DNA from: Saprospiraceae bacterium
GTDB lineage: Bacteria; Bacteroidota; Bacteroidia; Chitinophagales; Saprospiraceae
NCBI GenBank assembly: GCA_013214355.1
Contig: JABSSL010000029.1
Location: 13,626-77,625, forward strand
Direction of reading: 5' to 3'
Length of the DNA stretch: 64,000 nucleotides
Shown here one piece after another: positions 55,134-64,000 of the stretch. The stretch's first letter is position 1, and each line of letters starts with the position of its first letter. Position numbers and translations under genes: made by a program. Under the pieces are notes generated by a model. It made no database searches and was not told where the DNA came from. It was given only the letters and a program-made list of their open reading frames with translations.

Positions 55134-55379
55134 TCAAGCTCCTCCCTGAGCCATCTGATCTTTTTGGTTTTGTTTAAAGTAATTTAGAACAAGCTTAAGG
55201 GTCGTGACGGTAGAGCCTACCATGAGGCCACTGACCATAGTGTTTACCTGAAGACCATGCGTAAATAAATCGGTAAAGGCCAACAAAAGCAGAAAGTTCC
55301 CTACTGCCCAAGTGATCAAAGCGATCCATAGCGTTCGTTTGGAAGGATTACTAAACCAGTTACGATTAGCGTTACTCAT
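55134..55379 (-). CDS. Small 2-TM membrane protein
   Basis: Short hydrophobic ORF just upstream of the sulfatase gene on the same strand (its stop is about 13 nt before the sulfatase start). The ATG at 55379 is preferred over the TTG at 55418. Confidence 0.4.
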   Translation of the reverse strand: MSNANRNWFSNPSKRTLWIALITWAVGNFLLLLAFTDLFTHGLQVNTMVSGLMVGSTVTTLKLVLNYFKQNQKDQMAQGGA

Positions 55380-55577
55380 TACTAGGCATTTATTGATGGT
55401 ATTCAGAAAAGCATACAAATAGTTGCTTGCTCTCCTCTAAAATAAGTGATTCTCGGTACTTATCGGATGAACAAAATGGCATACAAGATGCTTATGTATA
55501 ATAATGGACGATTGTTCTACGGATTTCACGATTTGTTCATCTGTCCATATCATTAAGACAACAACAACCCACTAAAA

Positions 55578-56078
55578 GTGCCAACGATATCCATTATTTC
55601 CGCATTTGCTAAGAACCATGTCATGGGTGTAGACGGGATATTACCTTGGTCTCTTCCCTATGATTGGGAAAACTTCAAAGCCGTCACCCAAGGCAAAGCT
55701 TTTCTCATGGGACGCAAAAGCTTTGAGTCTGAAGATTATTTAGGTTCGGATTACAAGAACTTCATACTTACTCGTAACCCGAAACTTAAAATGCGCCCCA
55801 ATAGTCAACCCATCCATTCCATCGCTGACTTTTTGAAAGAAGTAGAACAGGAAGATGAAGTTTTCATCTTAGGAGGGGGAAACATCTTTGGCGAGGCCCT
55901 AGAAATGGGCATAGTAGATAAAATGTATTTGACGCTAATCAATGCCGAGCCGACAGGAGATACCTTCTTCCCAGAGGTGAACTGGGCAGAATGGGAAGAG
56001 ATAGACAGCTTCTATCACCCCATTGACGAGCGACATGCGCATGATTTTCATATTAAGACCTATATCAAAAAACATTAA
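55578..56078 (+). CDS. folA: Dihydrofolate reductase
   Basis: ISIISAFAKNHVMGVDGILPW, LMGRKSFES and FILGGGNIF match the DHFR pattern. GTG start. Confidence 0.85.
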   Translation: MPTISIISAFAKNHVMGVDGILPWSLPYDWENFKAVTQGKAFLMGRKSFESEDYLGSDYKNFILTRNPKLKMRPNSQPIHSIADFLKEVEQEDEVFILGGGNIFGEALEMGIVDKMYLTLINAEPTGDTFFPEVNWAEWEEIDSFYHPIDERHAHDFHIKTYIKKH

Positions 56079-56120
56079 TGACTGCTTCTTTGTCTAAACA
56101 AAAAATGAAAAACCAACCCA

Positions 56121-56423
56121 ATGAGAGATTTTGACACCTTAGTGGAAGCGCTACAAGGCCTCAAGGCTGAGGGCTACCAATATGATTTTAACTTAATCAG
56201 CGATGGCCTCCATTGTAAAGAGTTGGACTTAATTGTCGGCGCTGAGGATTTTACCGTAGAAGAAATTCATCGTTTTGAAGGCGATAGCAATCCGGATGAT
56301 AGCTCCATTTTATATGTGTTATCAACCAGTAGTGGAGTAAAAGGGACGATGATTGATGCCTATGGTACCTATAGTGGAGCAATTGATCCGAGCATTCTTG
56401 CAAAATTGAAGGTAGCCAGGTAA
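56121..56423 (+). CDS. Hypothetical 100-aa protein
   Basis: ATG-initiated ORF with normal composition and no recognisable motif. Confidence 0.5.
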   Translation: MRDFDTLVEALQGLKAEGYQYDFNLISDGLHCKELDLIVGAEDFTVEEIHRFEGDSNPDDSSILYVLSTSSGVKGTMIDAYGTYSGAIDPSILAKLKVAR

Positions 56424-56463
56424 TCGCCCCCAACAAATGCTTGAATAGATAATGTGTTGCTGA

Positions 56464-58248
56464 TCAAATCACCTGGTCTTCATACAACTGTGCAATTTCC
56501 TTTTGGTAAGCGGCATTAATTTGGGGCCGCATCAATTTCATCGTGTAGGTTAATAATCCCGATTCCATCGTCCACTCCTCATGGAAAAGGTGGAATGCCC
56601 GAATGGTCTGATAGTTGGGCAGCTCCTGATTATAGGCATCTAATTCTTCCCGTATTCTTTGGCGTACTTTGATATTAATAGCCATATACTGCGGACTGGT
56701 CCAGTGTACCTTATTTTCCTTGCTCCAATGCTCCAATAATTCAAAGTTGGGATAAATCAAGGCGGTCACATACGGTTTTTGAAAACCAATAACCATGATT
56801 TGCTCAATAAAGGGAGATTGCTTGAAGTGATTTTCCAATACGAGAGGCGAGACATATTTACCTGATGAAGTCTTAAATATGTCCTTTTTCCGATCGGTAA
56901 TCTGTAAGAAGCGTTTATTGACAAATTTTCCTACATCTCCCGTATGAAGCCAGCCATCTTTAGTCAATACCTTAGCCGTTTCTTCCTCCTGCTTATAGTA
57001 TCCCCGCATCACATTGGGGCCTTTGATCATAATCTCTCCTTCTCCTTCTTCATTCGGCGAATCAATTTTAATCTGTACACCAGATACCGGCAAGCCCACG
57101 GTACCAAAAGCATACAGGCCTGGCTGGAAGCGATTAATAGCGGCGGCGGCGGCGGTTTCCGTCATGCCATAGCCTTCTCTAGCTTTGATCCCCATAGCCC
57201 CCATGAGACGCCCTAAGCCAGGCTGCAGATAGGCAGCGCCGACGATAATTGCATCTACTTTGCCCCCCAAATTCCGCTTTAGTCGATTTAAAACCAGCAT
57301 CTTGGCCAATTGCAACTTCCACCAATAAATAAATCGGAAGCCTGGCCGTTCCTGGAAGCTCATTCCAATCTTCAAAGCCCAATTCGCCAAGCCCTTTTTC
57401 AAAGAAGAATGGTCAGCTTGTATCGCTAAAACTTGGTCGTACATCTTTTCCAGGATACGTGGCACCGCAGTGAAGATATGTGGACGCACTTCTAGCAAGG
57501 CCTGCGATAGATAAGGACGTTCCACCAAGGTATAGATACTCAAACCTGCAGCCATATAGGTTAATAAAGCCATGCGCTCGAAGATATGACTGAAAGGCAG
57601 AAAACTTAGCGCTATCTTGCCAGGTTCGACGGGAAGCAAAGGCACAGTAGCTCGTACATTACTAACAATATTTCGGTGACTCAACATAACCCCCTTTGGG
57701 ATTCCCGTGGTACCTGAGGTATAAATGATAGCAGATAAATCGTCTTCTTTAACTTGATCCTTTAGCATCTGCAATTCTTCATTGGGAGAACCCGAATATT
57801 GCCTTAGCAATTCCTCTAGTGATTTTGCCGGTTCAGCCCCTTCGATGAAGAAAACTTTTACAGCTGAATGCACATTCAACACCTCCTCAAATTTTGCGCC
57901 CAATTCTGCATGGGCCACAAAACAATACTTGGCTTCAGTGTGATTAATAATGTACTCCAACTGCTGTGGGTTACTGGTAAAATGAACAGGTACCACGATC
58001 GCACCTAGTTGTTGGATGGCAAAATCCAGGAAGATCCATTCCGCACTAGCCAAGTGGGGAACAATCAGCACCCTATCTCCGCGCTGCACGCCTAAACCCA
58101 TTAAAGTCCAACTATAGCGATCAATTTCCTCTATACAAGCCGCACAACTGTAGGTAACCCAGCGGTCACGGCGGCGACTAACAATTGCTTTTTCATTCGG
58201 AAATCTTGCTAGTTGAGAAGGCAGTAGATCAAAGGTTCGGCTTATCAT
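56464..58248 (-). CDS. AMP-dependent synthetase/long-chain acyl-CoA ligase
   Basis: AMP-binding motif IIYTSGTTGIPKGV plus GYGMTE and GWLHTGD. Confidence 0.85.
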   Translation of the reverse strand: MISRTFDLLPSQLARFPNEKAIVSRRRDRWVTYSCAACIEEIDRYSWTLMGLGVQRGDRVLIVPHLASAEWIFLDFAIQQLGAIVVPVHFTSNPQQLEYIINHTEAKYCFVAHAELGAKFEEVLNVHSAVKVFFIEGAEPAKSLEELLRQYSGSPNEELQMLKDQVKEDDLSAIIYTSGTTGIPKGVMLSHRNIVSNVRATVPLLPVEPGKIALSFLPFSHIFERMALLTYMAAGLSIYTLVERPYLSQALLEVRPHIFTAVPRILEKMYDQVLAIQADHSSLKKGLANWALKIGMSFQERPGFRFIYWWKLQLAKMLVLNRLKRNLGGKVDAIIVGAAYLQPGLGRLMGAMGIKAREGYGMTETAAAAAINRFQPGLYAFGTVGLPVSGVQIKIDSPNEEGEGEIMIKGPNVMRGYYKQEEETAKVLTKDGWLHTGDVGKFVNKRFLQITDRKKDIFKTSSGKYVSPLVLENHFKQSPFIEQIMVIGFQKPYVTALIYPNFELLEHWSKENKVHWTSPQYMAINIKVRQRIREELDAYNQELPNYQTIRAFHLFHEEWTMESGLLTYTMKLMRPQINAAYQKEIAQLYEDQVI

Positions 58249-59060
58249 ACTTCGGCAGGTTGGGTCTGGTATTCATTCAGTATGTCGTACAAATATTCAT
58301 GGTAAGTGGGGAAGGATGGAAGGTTATTGTGACCTCCACCTTCGACTTCGAGCAACTGGATCAATTGAGGGTTAATTTTCTGTAGCCGCTCGCTATGCTC
58401 AAAGGGAATGAGGCGATCCTTAGTGCCATGAATGATGTAAACAGGGAAGGTAAGGTTCTTCAAAAATTGGTCGGTCCGAATTTGGTATCTAAGAAACAAG
58501 CGCAAGGGCAAAAAGGCTCCATAGCGCTTAATCTGATGATAAAAGCTATAGTATGGAGAATCCAAAATCAACATTCTGGGGTTATTCCAAGAAGCCACTC
58601 GAGCCGCTATACCTGAGCCAAGGGAACGTCCATAGACTACAATTTTATCCTCTGTGTATTGACGTGCAATCCATTTGTATAGCATCTGGGCATCATTATA
58701 TAGCTTCTGCTCGGTGCGACGCCCCCTACTCTTTCCAAAACCTCGATAATCCATCATAAAGAAATCGTAGCCATTGCTCACGAAATCCTTAGCAAACTTC
58801 CCCCAGCCTTTAATACTTCTTGAATTACCCTTCAAATAATAGATCACCCCACGGCTATTCGGCACTTTAAAATGAATGCTATTAATTTGCCCCCCATCCT
58901 CCATCTCAAAGGTTTTCTCCTCAAAGTCAAAGGGATATTTATACGTAAAATGAGACGGCAAAAGCTCAGGACGAAAAAAGAAGAAATGTTGGAAGAAATA
59001 AAAGATGAGGCTGAGTCCAAGATAAACAGCAAGTATTATATATAGTATATTCAACCACAT
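58245..59060 (-). CDS. Alpha/beta hydrolase with N-terminal TM anchor
   Basis: Nucleophile elbow GRSLGSG, a late catalytic His (GGGHNN), and a 4-nt overlap with the downstream ligase gene. Confidence 0.75.
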   Translation of the reverse strand: MWLNILYIILAVYLGLSLIFYFFQHFFFFRPELLPSHFTYKYPFDFEEKTFEMEDGGQINSIHFKVPNSRGVIYYLKGNSRSIKGWGKFAKDFVSNGYDFFMMDYRGFGKSRGRRTEQKLYNDAQMLYKWIARQYTEDKIVVYGRSLGSGIAARVASWNNPRMLILDSPYYSFYHQIKRYGAFLPLRLFLRYQIRTDQFLKNLTFPVYIIHGTKDRLIPFEHSERLQKINPQLIQLLEVEGGGHNNLPSFPTYHEYLYDILNEYQTQPAEV

Positions 59061-59138
59061 CTTATTAGGATTTGGCTGAAGTTAAAAAATTTTCTTATTC
59101 ATTTTTGTAGATTTACCAAAGAACTTAAAGGAATAGAT

Positions 59139-59702
59139 ATGGATCGTAGAGAAGCCATCAAGCGCACCAGTTTGTTGTTGGGCGGAGCAATATCCTCATC
59201 CGCCATGGCAGGCCTTTTGAGTGGATGCCAAGCCAGTCCCAGCGTAGATTGGTCACCCGTGTTTTTGGAACAAGAGCAGGCCAGAATGGTCGAAAGCATT
59301 GCTGACTGCATATTACCGGCCACAGAAACGCCAGGAGCATTAGACGTTGGTGTACCCGCTTTCATAGACTTGATGCTCAAAGACGCTTATAGCGCCGAAG
59401 AGCAAAATCGTTTTCTGACAGGCTTAAGTTCTCTAGAGGCAAGTAGCCAAGAAAAATACGAAAAGGGCTTTCTTTACTGCAGTAATGAAGATCAGACGGC
59501 ATTACTGACAACCTTAGAAAAGGAGGCAGCCTCGGCTCCTTCTTTCATTAGGATGGCTAAAGAACTGACGCTGCTTGGGTACTTTACCTCCGAGCCTATC
59601 ATGTCCAATGTATTGAATTACAATCCAGTCCCAGGAAAATATGAAGGCTGCGTTGATGCCACAGCAGAAACCGTGGTTGGTGTAGATAACAATATCTTTT
59701 AG
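59139..59702 (+). CDS. Gluconate 2-dehydrogenase subunit 3-family protein (Tat signal)
   Basis: Twin-arginine leader MDRREAIKRTSLLLGG, and pairing with a downstream GMC oxidoreductase. Confidence 0.75.
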   Translation: MDRREAIKRTSLLLGGAISSSAMAGLLSGCQASPSVDWSPVFLEQEQARMVESIADCILPATETPGALDVGVPAFIDLMLKDAYSAEEQNRFLTGLSSLEASSQEKYEKGFLYCSNEDQTALLTTLEKEAASAPSFIRMAKELTLLGYFTSEPIMSNVLNYNPVPGKYEGCVDATAETVVGVDNNIF

Positions 59703-59764
59703 ATCCGGAGCAATCGACTCCCATTTAGGTTTAATTCCTTATCAAAGAGATTCAAATCAGAAGC

Positions 59765-61453
59765 ATGCAAGATAATACGACATTCGATGCTATTGTAGTT
59801 GGCTCCGGGATCACCGGCGGTTGGGCAGCTAAAGAACTGACAGAGAAAGGGCTAAAAACTTTGGTCTTAGAACGAGGCAGGCAGGTAGAACATGTCAAGG
59901 ATTACCCTACAACCAACGACGCTCCTTGGCAATTTCCACACCGTGGGCGCGCCACTGCTGACGACAAAAAGAACCATCCCGTTCAACATCGAGTATACGC
60001 GTTCAATGAAGGTACACGACATTGGTGGGTAAATGACAATGATCATCCCTATACTACTCCGGAAGACAAACCTTTCGCTTGGATCCGAGGATACCACGTA
60101 GGAGGTCGTTCCATTATGTGGGGACGCCAGTGCTATCGATGGAGTGATTATGATTTTGAAGCCAACTTAAAAGATGGAGTTGGAGTCGATTGGCCTATCC
60201 GATACAAAGATATTGCTCCCTGGTACGATTACGTAGAGCGTTTTGTAGGGATTAGCGGAAAAGCGGAGGGCATCCCTCAGCTACCAGATGGCCAATTTCT
60301 GCCACCGATGGAAATGAACTGCGTGGAAAAACATGTAAAAGCCGCCATCGAAGACAAATGGAGTGATCGCAAAATGACTATCGGCCGGGTGGCCAATCTA
60401 ACTCGCGAACACAATGGTCGAACACCTTGTCAGCATAGGAATCTATGCTATCGCGGTTGTCCTTATGGCGCTTATTTTAGCAGCAATAGCGCTACCCTTC
60501 CTGCTGCCGCCGCTACGGGAAATCTAACCCTACGCCCAGATTCAGTGGTTGAGTCAGTTATATTTGATAAAGATACACGCAGAGCCACCGGTGTCCGCGT
60601 TATCGATGCTAATACCGGCAAGGATATCGAATACAAAGCCAAAGTTGTTTTTCTATGTGCTTCTACTTTAGGCAGCACTTTCATCCTATTGAATTCAGCC
60701 AATGAGGAATTTCCTGATGGGCTGGCAAATAGCAGCGGGGCACTCGGTAAGTATCTGATGGATCACGATTACAGCGTACGGGTAGGTGCTAGCATGGAAG
60801 GATTCGATGACAAGTATTATAGTGGCGGTCGCCCAAATGGCATTTATATTCCACGTTTCCGAAATATCGAAGATAAACACCCCGATTTCATCCGCGGTTA
60901 TGGCTTCCAAGGCGGAGGGTCTAGGTCCAATTGGAATAGCGGCTTTGGCAAACCTGGCTTTGGAGGAGCGTACAAGGATAGCCTTACCCATCCCGGTCCA
61001 TGGTCCATGCGTCTAGTAGGCTTTGGAGAATGTCTCCCCTATGCCGACAATGCCGTCACGCTCAATAAAGATGTACTAGATAAACACGGCTTACCTACGC
61101 TACATATCAGTGCTACCTTCAAGGAAAATGAAAAAGCGATGCGAGATGATATTGCAACTACCGCTTCTGAAATGCTGGAAGCAGCAGGCGGAAAAAATAT
61201 CCAGGTGCAGGTACAAGAGGTTACTCCAGGATTCTGCATTCATGAAATGGGTACTGCGCGGATGGGAAGAGATCCTAAAACATCCGTACTAAACCAATGG
61301 AATCAAGCACACGATGTAGACAATCTGTTTGTCACAGATGGAGCCTGCATGACTTCCTCGGCTTGCCAAAATCCGTCCATCACCTATATGGCACTTACCG
61401 CTAGGGCCGTGGATTACGCAGTAAAGGAATTAAAGAACGGGAATCTAAGCTAA
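59765..61453 (+). CDS. GMC-family FAD oxidoreductase
   Basis: N-terminal FDAIVVGSGITGG dinucleotide fold and a C-terminal GMC catalytic region (HEMGTARMG). Confidence 0.85.
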   Translation: MQDNTTFDAIVVGSGITGGWAAKELTEKGLKTLVLERGRQVEHVKDYPTTNDAPWQFPHRGRATADDKKNHPVQHRVYAFNEGTRHWWVNDNDHPYTTPEDKPFAWIRGYHVGGRSIMWGRQCYRWSDYDFEANLKDGVGVDWPIRYKDIAPWYDYVERFVGISGKAEGIPQLPDGQFLPPMEMNCVEKHVKAAIEDKWSDRKMTIGRVANLTREHNGRTPCQHRNLCYRGCPYGAYFSSNSATLPAAAATGNLTLRPDSVVESVIFDKDTRRATGVRVIDANTGKDIEYKAKVVFLCASTLGSTFILLNSANEEFPDGLANSSGALGKYLMDHDYSVRVGASMEGFDDKYYSGGRPNGIYIPRFRNIEDKHPDFIRGYGFQGGGSRSNWNSGFGKPGFGGAYKDSLTHPGPWSMRLVGFGECLPYADNAVTLNKDVLDKHGLPTLHISATFKENEKAMRDDIATTASEMLEAAGGKNIQVQVQEVTPGFCIHEMGTARMGRDPKTSVLNQWNQAHDVDNLFVTDGACMTSSACQNPSITYMALTARAVDYAVKELKNGNLS

Positions 61454-63556
61454 TGTAGTGGGTTGAGTAATCTTGGCGCGGGGCAAAGTAAAGCAGAATA
61501 TGGTGCCTTCAGGGCTAGATGATTCTAGCCAGATCTCCCCGCCGTGTTGCTCCACTATCTTTTTGCAGAGCGCTAGACCGATCCCTGTACCCTCATATTC
61601 TGCCGAAGTATGGAGGCGTTTAAACATTTCGAATACGGTATCTTGATAGGCTAGATCTATGCCAATACCATTATCCTGCACACAGAAGCGATACTGTTTT
61701 GCCTCGGTCTGGCACGAAATAACCACCTTGGGTCGGTCCTGTTCGTTGTACTTAACTCCATTCACAATCAAGTTTTGGAACAGCTGGTGTAAATACCCTC
61801 CGTTACCCTCAATTAAAGGCAATTGGTGCGTCTCTACATAACCGTTATTCCCCTTTAGATAGTCATCTATATTGTACAGAACAGAACGGATAGTTTGATT
61901 GAGATCTACAGTCTCCTTTTTCATTTCGGCCGTACTGACTTTCGAGAACTCTAGGACATCTTCAATCAAATTATTCATCTGCTTGGCTCCATTAGAGGCA
62001 AAACTTAGCAAGTCTTCAAGCTCTGGATTATTGTACTGCTTAATCCGGCGTTTGATTAAGGATAGGAAACTAGAAATGGTCCGTAAGGGTGTTTTGAGGT
62101 CATGGGAGGCGATGTAGGCGAAGCGTTCTAATTGCGTATTTGACTGTTTCAAGGCCTCGGTCCGTTCTTGGACCTTAGATTCTAACTCTTCATTGAATTT
62201 TCTAACTTTTCGGTAGTAAAAGAAAAGCCCTCCAGCGATGATCACAATCATCCCAATCAAGCCAGATAGTAAAACTAAGAATAGATATTGCTGGCTAGAT
62301 TTTTCCCTTAGGTCGAATATTTCTTGCTCTTGCTCCTTCCGTTTAAACTCCCGTTCGAGGCGACTTAACAATTCTGCATTTTCTAAATTATTGATGCTAT
62401 CCTGCAATGCTTGAAACCGCTTTTGAAAACTAAGAGATAGCTTGTAATTCCCAAGATCATAGTACAGATCGCCATATTGTTGATACGCCTGCAATAGATA
62501 TTTATAATCGCGATCACTTTGTGCGAGCGAATAGGCAGTATCTATGTACGGTTTTGCGGCTTGGAACTGTCCCGTCCTAGCTCTACATTTCCCCAAAATC
62601 AAATAAATCTCTTCGAGATCTTTGCGCTTCCCGGCAGCCATGGCACGACTGAGAGAGCGTTCGATGTAGGACAGCGCCCTTTCAGGCTGATCAATATTCA
62701 AGTAAAAGCGAGCTAACCGATTGAGTGTAAAAATGAGATTATAATCATCCCCATTCTTGGTAGCAATAGCTAATGCTTCTTCGTAAGTAGAAAGAGCTTT
62801 GGGAATCTGATCTCTTTTGTTGTAGATATCTGCCATCAAGTTTAGTGAAAGCGGTAGCCAAGTAGCGCTTTGCATCTCTTCGGCCAGACGAACTCCTTTT
62901 TCTGCATGCTCTTTTGCTTGCTCAAAAAGACGTTGCTTGTAGTATAGTCGCCCAAGATTAGAGTGTGTCGCCATTAGGCCTCTCTTATTTCCTGAGACCT
63001 CATTCACCTCAAGTGCCTTAATATAAAGCCGAGTAGCGGCTTCCAAGCTATTTTCAGTCACATGTACAACCCCCCAGTTATTATACACCTGCCCTAACCA
63101 CTTCAGATCATCCAGCTCTAAAAAGATATCTTCAGCAGCCTCAAAAGATGCCACAGCTACATCTTTTTCTCCTTTAATATCATGTAAGATTCCAATACTG
63201 TTCAAAAGAATTCCACGCTGCTTTTGGGCTTTACTTTGTTGAAAGTAAATCATGGCTTTCTGACAAAAAGCCAGGGTGGTATCTATGGCAAGGGGTGGGG
63301 TCGTATAGGTACAAAGAATTAGTTGTGCTTCTGCCGCTAGCTTAGCAAATCCAGTGGTTTCTGCTTCTGCCAAAACATCCAAAGCCAATTTACTTGATTT
63401 CAGGGGAGAGGATTCCGATAGATCTTTAGCTTCTTTGAGCTTTGCTGATAATACATTAGCGTCGGCCTTCCCTTTTCCATGATCAACGGAAGGAGAGCAA
63501 GCAGCCAGCATTAGTAGACCTACTAAAAAATACTTGCAGAAATAAAGTCCTTTCAC
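61445..63556 (-). CDS. TPR-repeat sensor histidine kinase
   Basis: Signal/lipoprotein-like N-terminus, about 350 aa of TPR repeats, a TM segment, a coiled coil, the H-box ASHDLKTPLRTI, and an HATPase domain (DNGIGI, GTGIGL). Confidence 0.85.
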   Translation of the reverse strand: MKGLYFCKYFLVGLLMLAACSPSVDHGKGKADANVLSAKLKEAKDLSESSPLKSSKLALDVLAEAETTGFAKLAAEAQLILCTYTTPPLAIDTTLAFCQKAMIYFQQSKAQKQRGILLNSIGILHDIKGEKDVAVASFEAAEDIFLELDDLKWLGQVYNNWGVVHVTENSLEAATRLYIKALEVNEVSGNKRGLMATHSNLGRLYYKQRLFEQAKEHAEKGVRLAEEMQSATWLPLSLNLMADIYNKRDQIPKALSTYEEALAIATKNGDDYNLIFTLNRLARFYLNIDQPERALSYIERSLSRAMAAGKRKDLEEIYLILGKCRARTGQFQAAKPYIDTAYSLAQSDRDYKYLLQAYQQYGDLYYDLGNYKLSLSFQKRFQALQDSINNLENAELLSRLEREFKRKEQEQEIFDLREKSSQQYLFLVLLSGLIGMIVIIAGGLFFYYRKVRKFNEELESKVQERTEALKQSNTQLERFAYIASHDLKTPLRTISSFLSLIKRRIKQYNNPELEDLLSFASNGAKQMNNLIEDVLEFSKVSTAEMKKETVDLNQTIRSVLYNIDDYLKGNNGYVETHQLPLIEGNGGYLHQLFQNLIVNGVKYNEQDRPKVVISCQTEAKQYRFCVQDNGIGIDLAYQDTVFEMFKRLHTSAEYEGTGIGLALCKKIVEQHGGEIWLESSSPEGTIFCFTLPRAKITQPTTLA

Positions 63557-63770
63557 AATTGGGTAGTATACCAGTTAATTCAAAAGTAGTAACGGCAAAA
63601 TTAAATGATGGGTTACAGATAGGAAAGTAGGATTCTCGTAGCCTCAATTATATTGAAATAACAACAGGTTCTAATATACGCATCTTAGTTGAAATTTAGC
63701 CATGAATCTCGTCCGAGGAGCGAAAAAAGGGAATTAGCATGCTACGAAATAGAGTAAATAAGGAGCACAA

Positions 63771-63803
63771 ACTAAAAAGCCTCTCACCAAAAGGCAAGAG
63801 GCT
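63771..63803 (-). terminator. Hairpin plus T-run downstream of the truncated 3'-terminal gene
   Basis: agcctct pairs with agaggct (63778-63784 with 63797-63803). On the minus strand it is followed by TTTT. Confidence 0.45.
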
Positions 63804-63868
63804 CTCCCATATTATTGTCAATCTATGTCTAGATCTTTAAAGCTTTGAATGTAGCTCAGCACATGCGC

Positions 63869-64000
63869 CTAGAAGCAATATTCATTGGCAGCAATCAACT
63901 TGGCAGCGATCTTTCTGCGTTCTTGCTTAACATTGGCTGGCATGTACTTTCCGAAACGCTTAAGACCCATCAACAAGGTCCGCAAAGTATCACCTTCAGC
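63869..64000 (-). CDS. C-terminal 43 codons of an unidentified gene (truncated by the window edge)
   Basis: Open frame to the window end, translating to ...AEGDTLRTLLMGLKRFGKYMPANVKQERRKIAAKLIAANEYCF*. A terminator lies downstream. Confidence 0.4.
   Translation of the reverse strand, partial: AEGDTLRTLLMGLKRFGKYMPANVKQERRKIAAKLIAANEYCF

Noticed and set aside
61445-61453. 9-bp convergent overlap of the GMC oxidoreductase and histidine kinase 3' ends.
   Set aside because: The overlap is real in the sequence, but short convergent overlaps are common and nothing else suggests antisense regulation.

Overview
This 64-kb chromosomal segment has Bacteroidota hallmarks: a T9SS-type C-terminal sorting domain at 1-738, TAnnTTTG-like promoter boxes, and TPR-CHAT/ECF-sigma modules. 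No finer taxonomy can be verified here. About 55 protein genes are supported; no rRNA, tRNA or CRISPR array was found.

**Layout**
- 0-14.7 kb: housekeeping and stress genes (MarC, TauE, methylmalonyl-CoA epimerase, EttA, a LytS/LytTR pair, and a LysR-peroxiredoxin-MdaB-bestrophin module). Three intergenic loci carry one REP-like palindromic repeat family.
- 14.7-16.1 kb: an IS element with about 29-bp terminal inverted repeats. Its transposase is frameshifted at a C6 tract.
- 16.1-30.5 kb: a form-I aerobic CO-dehydrogenase cluster, coxM-S-L-G-D-E-F. CoxL carries AYRCSFR and the CoxF-like XdhC protein is fused to a YHS domain. A divergent second xdhC and a Cys-rich membrane protein/MoaD-like/BNR module lie upstream. 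On the same strand the cluster continues into tetR, an orphan [NiFe]-hydrogenase large-subunit homologue with degenerate metal ligands, hypC and hypD. No small subunit or other hyp genes are in the window. This is the most unusual feature.
- 30.7-48.0 kb: an accessory-looking island bracketed by two paralogous exported TPR-CHAT proteins and ending in an ECF sigma/putative anti-sigma pair. It contains a secreted coiled-coil protein with a possible OmpA-like C-terminus that is split by a single in-frame TAG, a double-LamG protein, an HTH-only AraC-like gene, a duplicated promoter module with a candidate sRNA, a 483-aa orphan helical protein, and a 0.9-kb ORF-poor structured spacer.
- 48.6-64 kb: ordinary genes (rpsU, DEAD-box helicase, VOC protein, AraC regulator, BNR protein, sulfatase, folA, acyl-CoA synthetase, hydrolase, a gluconate-DH-subunit-3/GMC pair, TPR histidine kinase).

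All calls come from reading the translated ORFs and the DNA by eye. No database search was run.
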